From positions 1 to 33,493 of the forward strand of contig JWZX01003030.1 of NCBI GenBank assembly GCA_001275005.1: a stretch of 33,493 nt of DNA. The letters run 5' to 3'. Below, in pieces: positions 33,381 through 33,493 of the stretch. A program made the position numbers and the translations under genes. Positions within the stretch are counted from its first letter, which is position 1; every line of letters begins with the position of its first letter. The stretch is from Chrysochromulina tobinii. Taxonomy: Eukaryota. The notes under the pieces were generated by a model. It did not search any database. It was not told where the DNA came from and worked only from the letters and a program-made list of their open reading frames with translations.

Positions 33381-33420
33381 TGTCTGTGTGTCTGTCTGTG
33401 TGTCCGTCGGCCAGTCTGTC
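33381..33420 (+). repeat. TGTC/TG microsatellite-like tract
   Basis: tgtctgtgtg tctgtctgtg tgtccgtcgg ccagtctgtc. Confidence 0.7.
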
Positions 33421-33493
33421 GTCCCAAATTTGGGAGCACAAAAGCGGGCGCTTCAAGCTCCTTCGAACGGCGTCCCAAATTTCTCCACCGGCC

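Overview
GC-rich eukaryotic nuclear DNA, most likely from a haptophyte alga (Chrysochromulina/Prymnesiales-like). This is an inference from a GC-AG intron, intronic 10-12 bp tandem repeats and intronic CCCTAA repeats. It is gene-dense, with about 12 protein-coding genes: an STPG/SHIPPO-repeat protein (frameshifted), bifunctional AIR carboxylase PurK-PurE (ADE2), an uncharacterised RxRxD-motif protein, a Lon N-terminal-like protein, an ABCA transporter, a StrG-like oxygenase, a GT31 glycosyltransferase, a 2OG-Fe(II) oxygenase, a four-domain EEEE voltage-gated Ca2+ channel, an NRAMP transporter, a coiled-coil/filamin/EF-hand protein and PIG-H. I rebuilt the exon-intron structures by eye from reading-frame continuity. 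Three signals stand out: (i) three introns whose boundaries are exact direct duplications of exon sequence, one filled with telomere-like repeats, suggesting recent intron gain; (ii) sense-strand intronic satellites built from branch-site-like motifs; (iii) a Cav channel carrying Kelch repeats, three IQ motifs and an inserted module before IIIS1. I recognised no rRNA, tRNA, CRISPR array or transposase.
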